Shown here: positions 38,901 to 47,096 of the stretch, piece by piece
Position numbering within the stretch: the first letter of the stretch is position 1
Layout of the letters: the number at the start of each line of letters is the position of its first letter
NCBI GenBank assembly: GCA_965215195.1
Contig: CBDCDC010000002.1
Location: 3,520,001 to 3,584,000, forward strand
DNA: 64,000 bases
Origin: Candidatus Latescibacterota bacterium
Lineage (GTDB): Bacteria; Latescibacterota; UBA2968; UBA8231
Direction of reading: 5' to 3'
Program-made: the position numbers and the translations under genes
The notes under the pieces: generated by a model
What the model was told of the DNA's origin: nothing
The model's input: the letters and a program-made list of their open reading frames with translations, nothing else
Database searches by the model: none

Positions 38901-39663
38901 AGTCTGCGCGATCTAGATAGGCGCTGTCGGTCTGCGCTGCCGCGGGAAAGCGGCGCTCCAGCGATTTGAACCGCTTCTCAGCGATTTCTCTGTTGCCCAT
39001 AAAGAGTGCAATGCGCCCGCCGAGGAGCAGGGCGCTAGGGGCTTCTGGCGGCGGCGGTGTAGTGGCGGCGATTTGCCCGAGTAGCTGTTGGGCTTCTTCG
39101 GCCCGACCAGCGGCAAAGCGCAACTGAGCCAGCCGGTAGCGCGCCAAATGCACTTGGGCAGAAGTCGCGTAGTCGGTCAACAGACGTCCATAAGCCGCTT
39201 CGGCTTGCTGCAAATTTTCGGCGCGGGTATAATTAGCCGCTGCGTCAATCAGGGCACTGGCGGCGAATTTGCTGGCACTGAAACGACGCTGCACCTCTTC
39301 GTATGAGCGGGCAGCCAGCAGGTATTGACCTTGCTCGGCCAAACAAGCCGCTCGCTCGCGCCGTGCGTCGGCCGTGTTCAAGTGATCGGGATGTTCGAGA
39401 TAAAACGTCTCGTAGGCCGGTGCCGCTAGGTCGCAACGGCCGCTCTGGCGGTACGCATGCGCCAGCATCAACCGGGCTTCGGCCAGTTGCGGATTATCGG
39501 GATAGTTGCGAATAAACTCGGCGAATAGCGCGGCGGCCGTGGCATAGTCGCCGGCGTCCCGGAAGAGATTGCGGGCTAGTTTGAAGTCGTCCTCTGCGCT
39601 CGTTTGCGCCCAGCTCTGGGTGCTTAGGCAGAGGAGAAGCACTAATATCAACTTTGGGAACAT
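35953..39663 (-). CDS. Large exported tetratricopeptide-repeat protein
   Basis: Signal peptide MFPKLILVLL...SWA, many TPR/YP.S repeats over about 1230 aa. Confidence 0.88.
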   Translation of the reverse strand: MFPKLILVLLLCLSTQSWAQTSAEDDFKLARNLFRDAGDYATAAALFAEFIRNYPDNPQLAEARLMLAHAYRQSGRCDLAAPAYETFYLEHPDHLNTADARRERAACLAEQGQYLLAARSYEEVQRRFSASKFAASALIDAAANYTRAENLQQAEAAYGRLLTDYATSAQVHLARYRLAQLRFAAGRAEEAQQLLGQIAATTPPPPEAPSALLLGGRIALFMGNREIAEKRFKSLERRFPAAAQTDSAYLDRADYLYGSSLFSQAGDAYQRAFKKIDDRSLKEHALLGLADARRQSHQTRKAIAHYNELSTMLQPGHPAYLKAQLGRAIALGQAGQFALAVGLFQGLIQTGASPRLGVTSPEAISALRELGVLYKQRGDHSRAITWYRRYLREADTASDADAVRFELAALYASTGYYEEAIALYRQLASGRDEVATKAQFALAQTFEQSGQPRTALREYVAFLELFPADRQSEEVRQRIEYLREFTVLDPAGLNQALQKSWIDELSGKSRQLVQLDVARVLFSHHDFVAAAQSFKHYTTVYPDDHYNNEAQYFLAESLLRLARQRQLEAQPASADSLRTLARREYRILAERSSTDSLAEQSPADSTWVRRARLSLIKIEAEDSPDSLRLSNLEEGIAAFVAEFSESRGAHLDQALLQLGDARRQLGATDTTWIDGAIAAYDQLRQLSSDSPLVPRALYGKSLCLVQKGQHQAAADLLSRVLQDYPDSPLTAPVLFELGHIRLAQERPQEAIARLQELRWGYPAFPQRRAAQKLLGDIYFQLGQYAAAIELYQPLVSSSTITDDKGPILRRIGRAYHHLNRYGEAMETYRQILAEEPNPAGLDSIYFAQAVLQLRLGREDKASRLFRKVGREFASGGLAAEASARAGHIAFARQQYKQAYQLYQPLLEQSEDTLIHGQAILALFRLKRIEEGRKAAKRFAKRFKEETEWRQHFRVEEGKYYLQAGNYKKAHELFQAVEKQGGKWADDGAYWMAVTLWKRNKVTPSEEGAAYALEAISRFVREYPTSPQVADAYLRLGDYHFSLHNFLQAAGAYKHALDAPEVSREQAQDAMWKLLKSYQSAHEYEAAHQVANQLLSQYPEHPKAIEVQLELGIILKSKGQYAQAIEQLDELLSQQLLNGNDASEARFYIGESYQNMGEYRKAIQAYYKVSYHGAEGLSMWITSADFQRGRCHESLGEHATAMTIYERIARREGGQSPQGQLARERIETLRHKLETLN

Positions 39664-39738
39664 ATCAATTCTCAAGTGTATGCCAATCTGACACTTAATA
39701 TATAATTGTACAGTAAAATGCGGTCAAGGTTTGCAGCG

Positions 39739-40596
39739 ATGGAGGGTCTGCTAGTCGAAAAAGCATACGCAAAAATAAACTTAGGGCTTAAGGTCCTCGG
39801 CCGCCGCCCCGATGGCTATCACGAGATCCTCAGCGTGGCCCAATGCGTGGATTTAGCGGACGTCTTGTACTTTGAATTCGCTTCCTCCGATCAGTTGACC
39901 TGTAGCCTCGATAGCCTATCGGTGGGGCCGGATAACTTGGTGCGCCGCGCAGTTGATGCCTTTCGCGCTCAACTCGACCGCCCGGCCCAATCGTTCCGCA
40001 TCCACCTAGAAAAGAACATACCCATAGGCGCGGGCCTAGGCGGGGGTAGTGCCGACGCGGCCGCAGCCCTGCGAGCGCTCAATCGCTTGTACGACCAGCC
40101 ATTCTCGAACGCAGACCTCCGCCAGATCGCCGCCACCCTTGGCTCGGACATTCCCTTTCTAGTGGAAGGCGGCACCGCCCTACTAAGAGGCCGGGGCGAG
40201 ATACTCGAAGAGCTGAACTGGGAGGGCGCGGTCTTTTACGTACTGGCGTTCCCCGAGGTCGAAGTCAGCACGGCGTGGGCTTATGAGCAACTCGGCTCCA
40301 TCTTGACAGAAAGTACTCCCTATTTTAACTTTACTGCTTCCCTGAGCGGCGGGTGCATTGACCACGACAGGTTATTTGAAGTGCTGGAGAACGACTTCAC
40401 GCCCGCGGTAGATCGCACCTATCCCATCGTCGCAGACCTTCGTTCTCAACTGGACCGAGTTGGTGCTCGCGCCACGTCAATGTCGGGCAGCGGCTCCACT
40501 GTTTACGGCATCTTCGACGACCGGAAGACCGCCTCTCAGGTGCAGAGCGCACTGCAAAGGCAAGGTTGCCGGTCTTTTTTATGCCAGCCGGTCTAG
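39739..40596 (+). CDS. ispE: 4-diphosphocytidyl-2-C-methyl-D-erythritol kinase
   Basis: AKINLGL...RPDGYHE, KNIPIGAGLGGGSADAA, LGSDIPF, MSGSGS. Confidence 0.96.
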   Translation: MEGLLVEKAYAKINLGLKVLGRRPDGYHEILSVAQCVDLADVLYFEFASSDQLTCSLDSLSVGPDNLVRRAVDAFRAQLDRPAQSFRIHLEKNIPIGAGLGGGSADAAAALRALNRLYDQPFSNADLRQIAATLGSDIPFLVEGGTALLRGRGEILEELNWEGAVFYVLAFPEVEVSTAWAYEQLGSILTESTPYFNFTASLSGGCIDHDRLFEVLENDFTPAVDRTYPIVADLRSQLDRVGARATSMSGSGSTVYGIFDDRKTASQVQSALQRQGCRSFLCQPV

Positions 40597-40626
40597 CTCG
40601 GGGCAGTGCGAGGCATAGACATAGGT

Positions 40627-40701
40627 AGCCCGGTCGTTCAACTGGTAGGACAACGGATTTTGGTTCCGTTTATCGAGGTTCGAGTCCTCGCCGGGCTGCC
40701 A
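40627..40701 (+). tRNA. tRNA-Gln (TTG)
   Basis: Acceptor AGCCCGG/CCGGGCT, anticodon arm ACGGA-TTTTGGT-TCCGT, TTCGAGT T loop, encoded CCA; canonical position after ispE. Confidence 0.95.
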
Positions 40702-40746
40702 TTATGCCATTGATATTTGATCGAGTTTTTTTGAGGAGATGTTCCG

Positions 40747-41436
40747 ATGCCACAAGTTCCACTACAAATCCAAGTGCGCGAGCAGGTCGCGCTCAAAGTC
40801 CAGTCCCGCCGGGAGCAGGGCAAGGGTCCGGTGGGCCAAATGCGTCGCCTGCAAGGCCAGTTGCCCGGGGTGATCTACGGTCACAGTCAGCCCGCTGAGG
40901 CCTTCAAGACGGATGCCCATGGCTTGGAGCGCATTCTGAGCAAGGGGGGGCAAAACGCGATCATCTTGGTTGAGCACGAAGAGTCCGGCAGAGTCCCTGA
41001 GCAGGCCCTGATCCGCGACATCCAATACCACAAGGTCCGCGGCCATGTGTTGCACTTAGACCTCTTGCGCATCGATCCGGGCGAGACGCTGCGCGCCAGT
41101 GTCCCGCTCCTGACTGAAGGGGTGCCCGAAGGCGTCCGCAACGAGGGCGGGGCCTTGCAGCAGACGCTGACCTCAATCGAAATGGAATGCGTCGTTTCGG
41201 AAATGCCCGCCGCGATGGTGATCGACATCTCTTCGCTGGTCATCGGCGATAGCCTGCACGTGAGCGACCTCCTCGAACAAGAGCCGCGCATTACCACCGA
41301 CTCGGCCCGCACGATTGTCAATATCTTGGCCCCGCGCTTGGTCGCAGCCGAGGCAGAAGCCGAGGAGACCGAAGTTCCCGAGGGTGAAGGAGAGGCAGTC
41401 GAAGGCGGCGAGGATCGCGAAGGTGGCGAAGAGTAG
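40747..41436 (+). CDS. rplY: 50S ribosomal protein L25/Ctc
   Basis: RRL..QLPGVIYG, IRDIQYH...LHLDL, IGDSLHVSDL, acidic tail. Confidence 0.93.
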   Translation: MPQVPLQIQVREQVALKVQSRREQGKGPVGQMRRLQGQLPGVIYGHSQPAEAFKTDAHGLERILSKGGQNAIILVEHEESGRVPEQALIRDIQYHKVRGHVLHLDLLRIDPGETLRASVPLLTEGVPEGVRNEGGALQQTLTSIEMECVVSEMPAAMVIDISSLVIGDSLHVSDLLEQEPRITTDSARTIVNILAPRLVAAEAEAEETEVPEGEGEAVEGGEDREGGEE

Positions 41437-41438
41437 GT

Positions 41439-41996
41439 TTGCAAGTAGCCTTGGGTCTGGGTAATCCCGGTGTGCGCTACGCGGCGACGCGGCACAACAT
41501 AGGCTTTATGATGGTAGATCACCTAGCGGCCCGCTGTGGTGTTGACTGGCAGCATCAAGCAGACGTACAGGGCCAAGTTGTCCGAGTAGTGCTGGGCGGT
41601 CGAGAAGTGCTATTGGCCAAGCCCCAGACCTATATGAACCACAGCGGCCGGACCGCCGCGGCCCTTTGCGCCCAATGGGAGGTGCTTCCCGAAGACGTAC
41701 TGGTCATCTTCGACGACTTCCTCCTCGACTTCGGACGCCTGCGCTTTCGCCGCGGCGGGAGTGATGGCGGGCACAATGGTTTGGCTTCGGTACTCGAAGC
41801 GCTCAACACTGAGGCTGTACCGCGCCTGCGTCTAGGAATCGGTATCCCACCCGCAGGTGCTGACATCATCGACTACGTACTGGATCCGTTTTCCCCAGAG
41901 GACGAGGTAGAAAACTTGATTGAGCGCGGGAATGCGGCGCTCGAAATGTACTACGCCGAAGGCATTGAGGCGACCATGAACAGGTTCAATGGTTAA
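41439..41996 (+). CDS. pth: Peptidyl-tRNA hydrolase
   Basis: GLGNPG..Y..TRHNIGF, KPQTYMN.SG, GGHNGL. Confidence 0.95.
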   Translation: MQVALGLGNPGVRYAATRHNIGFMMVDHLAARCGVDWQHQADVQGQVVRVVLGGREVLLAKPQTYMNHSGRTAAALCAQWEVLPEDVLVIFDDFLLDFGRLRFRRGGSDGGHNGLASVLEALNTEAVPRLRLGIGIPPAGADIIDYVLDPFSPEDEVENLIERGNAALEMYYAEGIEATMNRFNG

Positions 41997-42030
41997 AAGT
42001 AAAGGAGCCGAGGGAGGGTTATAAACGCAT

Positions 42031-44073
42031 ATGGAAATCTGGACAAGCGCAGCGCCATTCATAGGTCTGGGCGGGTTGCTTTGCTCGCTCTTGCTCTACT
42101 TTTACATCAAAAAAGCTCCGGCCGGTACTCCAGAGATGGTGGAAATCTCAGAGGCCATCCACGAGGGAGCCATGGCCTTTCTCAAACGCGAGTACACGAT
42201 CCTCGCCGGGTTTATTGTCATCGTCTTTGTCCTCCTTTTTGCCTTCGTCGGCTCCCACACCGCGTACGCTTTTTTGTTGGGAGCCGTTTGCTCTATCTCG
42301 GCCGGTTATACCGGCATGAAGGCGGCCTGTCACGCCAATGTGCGCACTGCTCAAGCGGCCAACCAGTACGGCCAAGGGCCGGCACTGGGCATCGCCTTTT
42401 CGGGCGGTGCCGTGATGGGGCTTGCGGTGGCGGGCTTGGGGCTTTTCGGCGTTGGGGCGCTCGCGAGTGCCTTTGGTATCTGGGACGATATAAGCCAAGC
42501 ATCTACGATCAATGGCTTCGCTATGGGGGCCTCTTCGATTGCTCTTTTCGCGCGCGTTGGCGGCGGTATCTTCACCAAGTCCGCCGATGTGGGTGCCGAC
42601 TTAGTGGGCAAAGTGGAGGCGGGAATTCCCGAGGATGATCCCCGCAATCCGGCCGGTATCGCCGACAATGTCGGCGATAACGTCGGCGATGTCGCCGGCA
42701 TGGGTGCCGACATCTTTGAATCGTATGTCGGATCGGTCATCGCCACCATTGCCATCGCCGCCACCGCGTCCGCGTCATTGCTGGCCACTCTCGCCCCCGG
42801 CATCTCCGATCCAACCGATGCAAAACTCGCGGCCATGAGCTTCCCGCTGATCGTCATTATGATCGGTATAGCCGCATCGCTTTTGGGCGTTTTAATGGTG
42901 CGGATACTGCAAAATTTTGACCCGGGTGCCGCATTGCGCTACTCGACTTGGGTTGCAGCCGCACTAATGATTTTGGGTGCTTGGTGGGTCGCCGGGACAA
43001 TCGGCTTATCCAATCAGCCGGTGTGGGCACTGTGCGCGGGCTGTTTGGCCGGGATCGCGATTGGCCTTTTTACCGAGTACTACACCGCCGGCAAACCCAT
43101 CCGCACCATCGCTGAAACCTCCAAGACCGGCGTGGCGACCAATATTATTTCCGGTCTGGCCATAGGCATGGAGAGCGTCGTCCTGCCGACCTTGGGGATC
43201 GTCGTCGCCATTGGCTTGGCCTTCCACTTTGCCGGGCTTTTTGGGATTGGCATCGCGGCCGTCGGTATGCTGGCCACAGTAGGTATCACCATGTCGGTTG
43301 ATGCCTATGGCCCCATCGCCGACAATGCCGGCGGCATTACCGAAATGGCGGGCTTGGGCGAAGATACTCGCAAGATCACCGATGGCCTCGATTCACTCGG
43401 CAACACGACCGCGGCCATGGGCAAGGGGTTTGCCATTGGTTCGGCGGCGTTGACCGCATTGGCGCTTTTCTCGGCGTATTCTTCGGCCATCGAAGTCGAA
43501 ACGGGTGAGCCGGTGGTCATTGACGTGACTACGCCGGAAGTCGTCGTCGGGCTTTTTATCGGCGCGATGATTCCCTACCTAGCAGCCTCCATCACCATGA
43601 CCTCGGTCGGCAAGGCCGCCTTCAAGATGGTCGAGGAAGTCCGGCGTCAGTTCCGCGAGATCGAGGGGCTGATGGAGGGCAAAGCTAAACCCGACACCCG
43701 GCGCTGCGTGGAGATCAGCACGACGGCGGCCCTGCGCGAAATGATTCTACCGGGCCTCTTGGCGGTGTTGGCTCCGGTCGCCGTTGGCTTTGGTCTCGGC
43801 CCCGTCGCCTTAGGCGGAATGCTCGCCGGGGCGACGGTCAGCGGCGTACTGCTGGCGCTGATGATGGCCAATAGCGGCGGGGCTTGGGACAACGCCAAAA
43901 AGTGGATCGAAGAGGGCCATCTGGGAGGCAAGGGCTCCGACCCGCACAAAGCCGCTGTCGTCGGCGATACGGTCGGCGACCCATTCAAGGACACTTCGGG
44001 GCCGTCTCTGAACATACTCATCAAGCTGATGTCGGTGATATCTCTCGTCCTGGCACCGCTTTTTGTCGTCTGA
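42031..44073 (+). CDS. hppA: Membrane-integral pyrophosphatase, probably Na+-translocating and K+-dependent
   Basis: [42 protein letters not shown]. Confidence 0.95.
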   Translation: MEIWTSAAPFIGLGGLLCSLLLYFYIKKAPAGTPEMVEISEAIHEGAMAFLKREYTILAGFIVIVFVLLFAFVGSHTAYAFLLGAVCSISAGYTGMKAACHANVRTAQAANQYGQGPALGIAFSGGAVMGLAVAGLGLFGVGALASAFGIWDDISQASTINGFAMGASSIALFARVGGGIFTKSADVGADLVGKVEAGIPEDDPRNPAGIADNVGDNVGDVAGMGADIFESYVGSVIATIAIAATASASLLATLAPGISDPTDAKLAAMSFPLIVIMIGIAASLLGVLMVRILQNFDPGAALRYSTWVAAALMILGAWWVAGTIGLSNQPVWALCAGCLAGIAIGLFTEYYTAGKPIRTIAETSKTGVATNIISGLAIGMESVVLPTLGIVVAIGLAFHFAGLFGIGIAAVGMLATVGITMSVDAYGPIADNAGGITEMAGLGEDTRKITDGLDSLGNTTAAMGKGFAIGSAALTALALFSAYSSAIEVETGEPVVIDVTTPEVVVGLFIGAMIPYLAASITMTSVGKAAFKMVEEVRRQFREIEGLMEGKAKPDTRRCVEISTTAALREMILPGLLAVLAPVAVGFGLGPVALGGMLAGATVSGVLLALMMANSGGAWDNAKKWIEEGHLGGKGSDPHKAAVVGDTVGDPFKDTSGPSLNILIKLMSVISLVLAPLFVV

Positions 44074-44111
44074 GGAATGGCCTCAGACTAGAACCAAGAA
44101 AGCGCAATACA

Positions 44112-44627
44112 ATGAGAAACTACGAACTCGTATGTATCTTGGACCCCCAAGTCGGCGAGGGCCAATATGAGCAAGTCGTCGAAAAATACGAGGCACATCT
44201 CGAAGAAAACGGCGGGCAAGTCGCCCGGATCGACAATTGGGGCCTGCGGCGTCTGGCCTATACCTCGACTAGCCTGAAGAATCGGCACCAAGGCTACTAC
44301 GTGCTCTATCAGTTTTCCGCCGCGCCGACAGCGATCGAAGGATTGGAGCAGACGCTCAAGCTCGACGAAGCGGTGCTGCGCTATCTCATCACCGCTGTCG
44401 AAGGCGAGTTTATCCACGTGCCTCAGCTAGCGGCCGACAATTTCCTCGAAGAAGCCTTTGCCCGACCGACCCGTGGCCCGAGGGACCGAGGCGGCCCCCA
44501 CCGGGACTCCCGCGGCCCGAGGGACCGCACCGACAGCCGCGATACTGCCTCTGAAGACGAGAAACCTAATAAGGCGGCAGATGCTTCACCAGAAGAGGCT
44601 GTCGTCCAAGAGTCCGACGACTCTTAG
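44112..44627 (+). CDS. rpsF: 30S ribosomal protein S6 with long C-terminal extension
   Basis: MRNYELVCILDP...WGLRRLAY...GYY...LKLDEAVLRYL; start set to ATG 44112. Confidence 0.93.
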   Translation: MRNYELVCILDPQVGEGQYEQVVEKYEAHLEENGGQVARIDNWGLRRLAYTSTSLKNRHQGYYVLYQFSAAPTAIEGLEQTLKLDEAVLRYLITAVEGEFIHVPQLAADNFLEEAFARPTRGPRDRGGPHRDSRGPRDRTDSRDTASEDEKPNKAADASPEEAVVQESDDS

Positions 44628-44642
44628 AGTCGTCGTGCGCCG

Positions 44643-45455
44643 ATGCTGATTCTGCTGGGCATAGCGCTGGCGGTCGTTTCGTTTTTGGCCAGTTTGCGCT
44701 ACGGCTCGCTTGGTGCCCTGCTCTTGATCGGCCCGCTTTGCTTGTTCACCACCATGCTGCTAGGCGCCACGTTGGGGCTGGTGCCCATTATGGGGTTGCT
44801 CGCCGTTTTGCAAATAGAGCGTCAGCAGACCTACGGTCGCGTCATAGCCATGGCCTGCACACCGGCGGCGGGCTTGTGTCTCTGGCAGTTAATTCAGGGG
44901 CACGATGGCGTACATCGCCAAGAGCAGGCGGCCGCCATCTTGGAGCAGTTTCAAGCCTTGGGGATGGACGTTGAGGAAGGCGGCCAGATGCTACGCGCGA
45001 TGGTCGACGCGGGCCTGCGGGTGCAGCCGGCCATCGAGATGGCGACCCTACTTTTAACGTTTGTCTTAGCGTATCGGTTGAGCGAGAGCTTGGCCTTGCG
45101 GCTGGAACTGTCACTGCCCGCTCCCCTGCCGCTGCCCTTGTGGCGGCCTTGGGAAGAGCTGATCTGGGTGTTGATCGCAGCCTTGGGCCTAAGCCTTTTG
45201 AGTGATGGGTTGTGGGCCGATTTAGGCCTCAACCTGATCGTGTTGGTGGGGATTATCTACGGGGTTCAAGGATTGGCCGTGCTGCGCTTTTTCGCCCAGC
45301 GCCAAAGGGTGCCGCTTTGGGTTGAGCTATTTTTTTACGTAGGGCTTTTTTTTATAGCAGGATTGGCGCTTTTGCTCTTGGCTGGATTGGGGCTTTTGGA
45401 TACTTGGTTCGATTGGCGTCGGCTGCGCCCAGTCCCCACAGAGGAAGAAGCATAA
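44643..45455 (+). CDS. DUF2232 (YybS-like) membrane protein
   Basis: Polytopic, QGLAV and GLLDTWFDWR motifs; usual position before rplI. Confidence 0.85.
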   Translation: MLILLGIALAVVSFLASLRYGSLGALLLIGPLCLFTTMLLGATLGLVPIMGLLAVLQIERQQTYGRVIAMACTPAAGLCLWQLIQGHDGVHRQEQAAAILEQFQALGMDVEEGGQMLRAMVDAGLRVQPAIEMATLLLTFVLAYRLSESLALRLELSLPAPLPLPLWRPWEELIWVLIAALGLSLLSDGLWADLGLNLIVLVGIIYGVQGLAVLRFFAQRQRVPLWVELFFYVGLFFIAGLALLLLAGLGLLDTWFDWRRLRPVPTEEEA

Positions 45456-45499
45456 GGCTCAAACAACATCGCCGTTTTCTATGAAGTGGAGGACAAGTT

Positions 45500-45943
45500 G
45501 TGAAAGTGATTCTGTTAAAGGACATTGAAGCCTTGGGTTCGGCCGGCGAGGTCGTGGAGGTGAAGAACGGGTATGGTCGCAACTTCCTGATTCCCCGCAA
45601 TGAGGCATTGGTCGCCACCGCCGCCAACATGGCCCAGTTCAAGTCTAGACGCAAACAGCAAGAGACTTTGGCCGAGCGCGATCGCCGTGCCGCCGAGGCC
45701 CTCGCCAAGAAGCTGGAAACGGAGTCTATCACCGCCCAGGTCAAGGTCGGCGAGGAGGATCGCCTCTTCGGTTCGGTAACCTCCCAGAATATCGCCGAAT
45801 TGCTCAATGAAAAGGGCTACGAGATAGATCGCCGCGCCATCCATCTCGAAGATCCCATCCGCGAACTGGGTGTTTACAATGTCGAAGTGCGCCTCTACCC
45901 AGAGGTAGTAGCAGCGGTCAAGCTCTGGGTCGTCAAGGAATAG
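45500..45943 (+). CDS. rplI: 50S ribosomal protein L9
   Basis: MKVILLKDI..LG..G.VV.VK.GYGRNFLIP, LFGSVT. Confidence 0.97.
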   Translation: MKVILLKDIEALGSAGEVVEVKNGYGRNFLIPRNEALVATAANMAQFKSRRKQQETLAERDRRAAEALAKKLETESITAQVKVGEEDRLFGSVTSQNIAELLNEKGYEIDRRAIHLEDPIRELGVYNVEVRLYPEVVAAVKLWVVKE

Positions 45944-45983
45944 TGCGGCGCTAGGCACCCTCCCTCCTCAACGGAGGTAATTC

Positions 45984-46913
45984 ATGCCAAGCAGGGTCTT
46001 GCTCCTTTGCTGGATGTGCGCGGCGGTCACCGGCTGCGGCCCGGAACATTCGGAAGGCCCTTTCGCGCACGTCGGGCAGGAAGTATGGCGCACCGTAAAT
46101 AGAAGCCACCGGGGTGCTGACGGCGTCTTGGTGCAAGCGACCTTGCACACCTTTGCCTATGAGATCGCCCGCGCCTATGCGCGTGCTGAGCGCGAGAATT
46201 TGGGGCAGGAGCAGCTCGAATACCGCATCAAGCAGCTACTCTACTCCTACGTTGATGGCACCTACCCGGCCGAAGACGGCACGGACATCAACAGCCTCTA
46301 CCTTCAATATCTGATCTACGTAAATCCGTCCTTCGATGTGCGCAATCCCCTGCAGAAACGCGCCTTCGACATCTGGAGAGCCGAATACATACGCCGGGTC
46401 GTCGATGCCATCTACGACCCCAAGTTTCCCATCCTGCGCGACCAGTACGACGACCGTTGGGGCTTGACGCTCTACAGTCGCTTAGTCTTTACCGTTTACC
46501 TGTCGAGCGGAGAGTCTCAGCTCAAGCCATATATTGCCGATATTGGTGCGCGTACGTTCTTGGTCGATCAGCGAGGTGCGCGTTTCCAGCCCAGCGGGAC
46601 GTTTAATTCCTATCCTTACGAGAGTGACCGGCCCGAAGGTGAGATACTCGACGGCAAGACCTACTACCGAGTCTTCTTTCCCAATCGCAAGAGCGACGAC
46701 AAGGCACCTATTGTCCGGCGCGACGACGGTTATCTCGAGTTGCAGATCGAGAACTTGGGTGACGTCCCATTGCGAACCCTGCGCTGGGAGTTGCCGCTCG
46801 CGTATCCAGAAATGCCTTCGCGGCGCTTGCCGACCGAGGCCGAGGTGGCCGAGCGCAAGGCAGCAGCACGGGCCGAGCGCGAGGCGCGAGCAGAAGCAAT
46901 GCGGACAAAATAG
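45984..46913 (+). CDS. Hypothetical lipoprotein
   Basis: GGAGGT RBS, AAVTGC lipobox-like sequence, 309-aa ORF with no recognised motif. Confidence 0.75.
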   Translation: MPSRVLLLCWMCAAVTGCGPEHSEGPFAHVGQEVWRTVNRSHRGADGVLVQATLHTFAYEIARAYARAERENLGQEQLEYRIKQLLYSYVDGTYPAEDGTDINSLYLQYLIYVNPSFDVRNPLQKRAFDIWRAEYIRRVVDAIYDPKFPILRDQYDDRWGLTLYSRLVFTVYLSSGESQLKPYIADIGARTFLVDQRGARFQPSGTFNSYPYESDRPEGEILDGKTYYRVFFPNRKSDDKAPIVRRDDGYLELQIENLGDVPLRTLRWELPLAYPEMPSRRLPTEAEVAERKAAARAEREARAEAMRTK

Positions 46914-46967
46914 CGCCGTGAGTCTCGTTGGTGCTATATTTCTGCGTAATACAGACGAGAGTATTTC

Positions 46968-47066
46968 GGGAGCGGATGCGTGCCTGGTGGCTGCCGCGGA
47001 CTTCAAATCCGTTGCGGCGTAGCGAGAGTTGCGCTGGGTGGGTTCGATTCCCACACGTTCCCGCCA
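46968..47066 (+). tRNA. selC: tRNA-Sec (TCA)
   Basis: Anticodon arm GCGGA-CTTCAAA-TCCGT, long variable arm, GGTTCGATTCCC, extended acceptor stem, GCCA end, 99 nt. Confidence 0.95.
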
Positions 47067-47096
47067 GATTTTAAGTAATGGATAACAGTCGGCTGT

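Noticed and set aside
43884-44111. N-terminal extension of rpsF in the ORF track
   Set aside because: Overlaps the end of hppA; S6 homology starts at ATG 44112
46968-47066. In-frame UGA selenoprotein genes near selC
   Set aside because: I found no gene in the window with a convincing UGA read-through and SECIS-like hairpin; not exhaustively tested
47078-47086. DnaA-box-like AATGGATAA after selC
   Set aside because: Two mismatches and isolated; expected by chance
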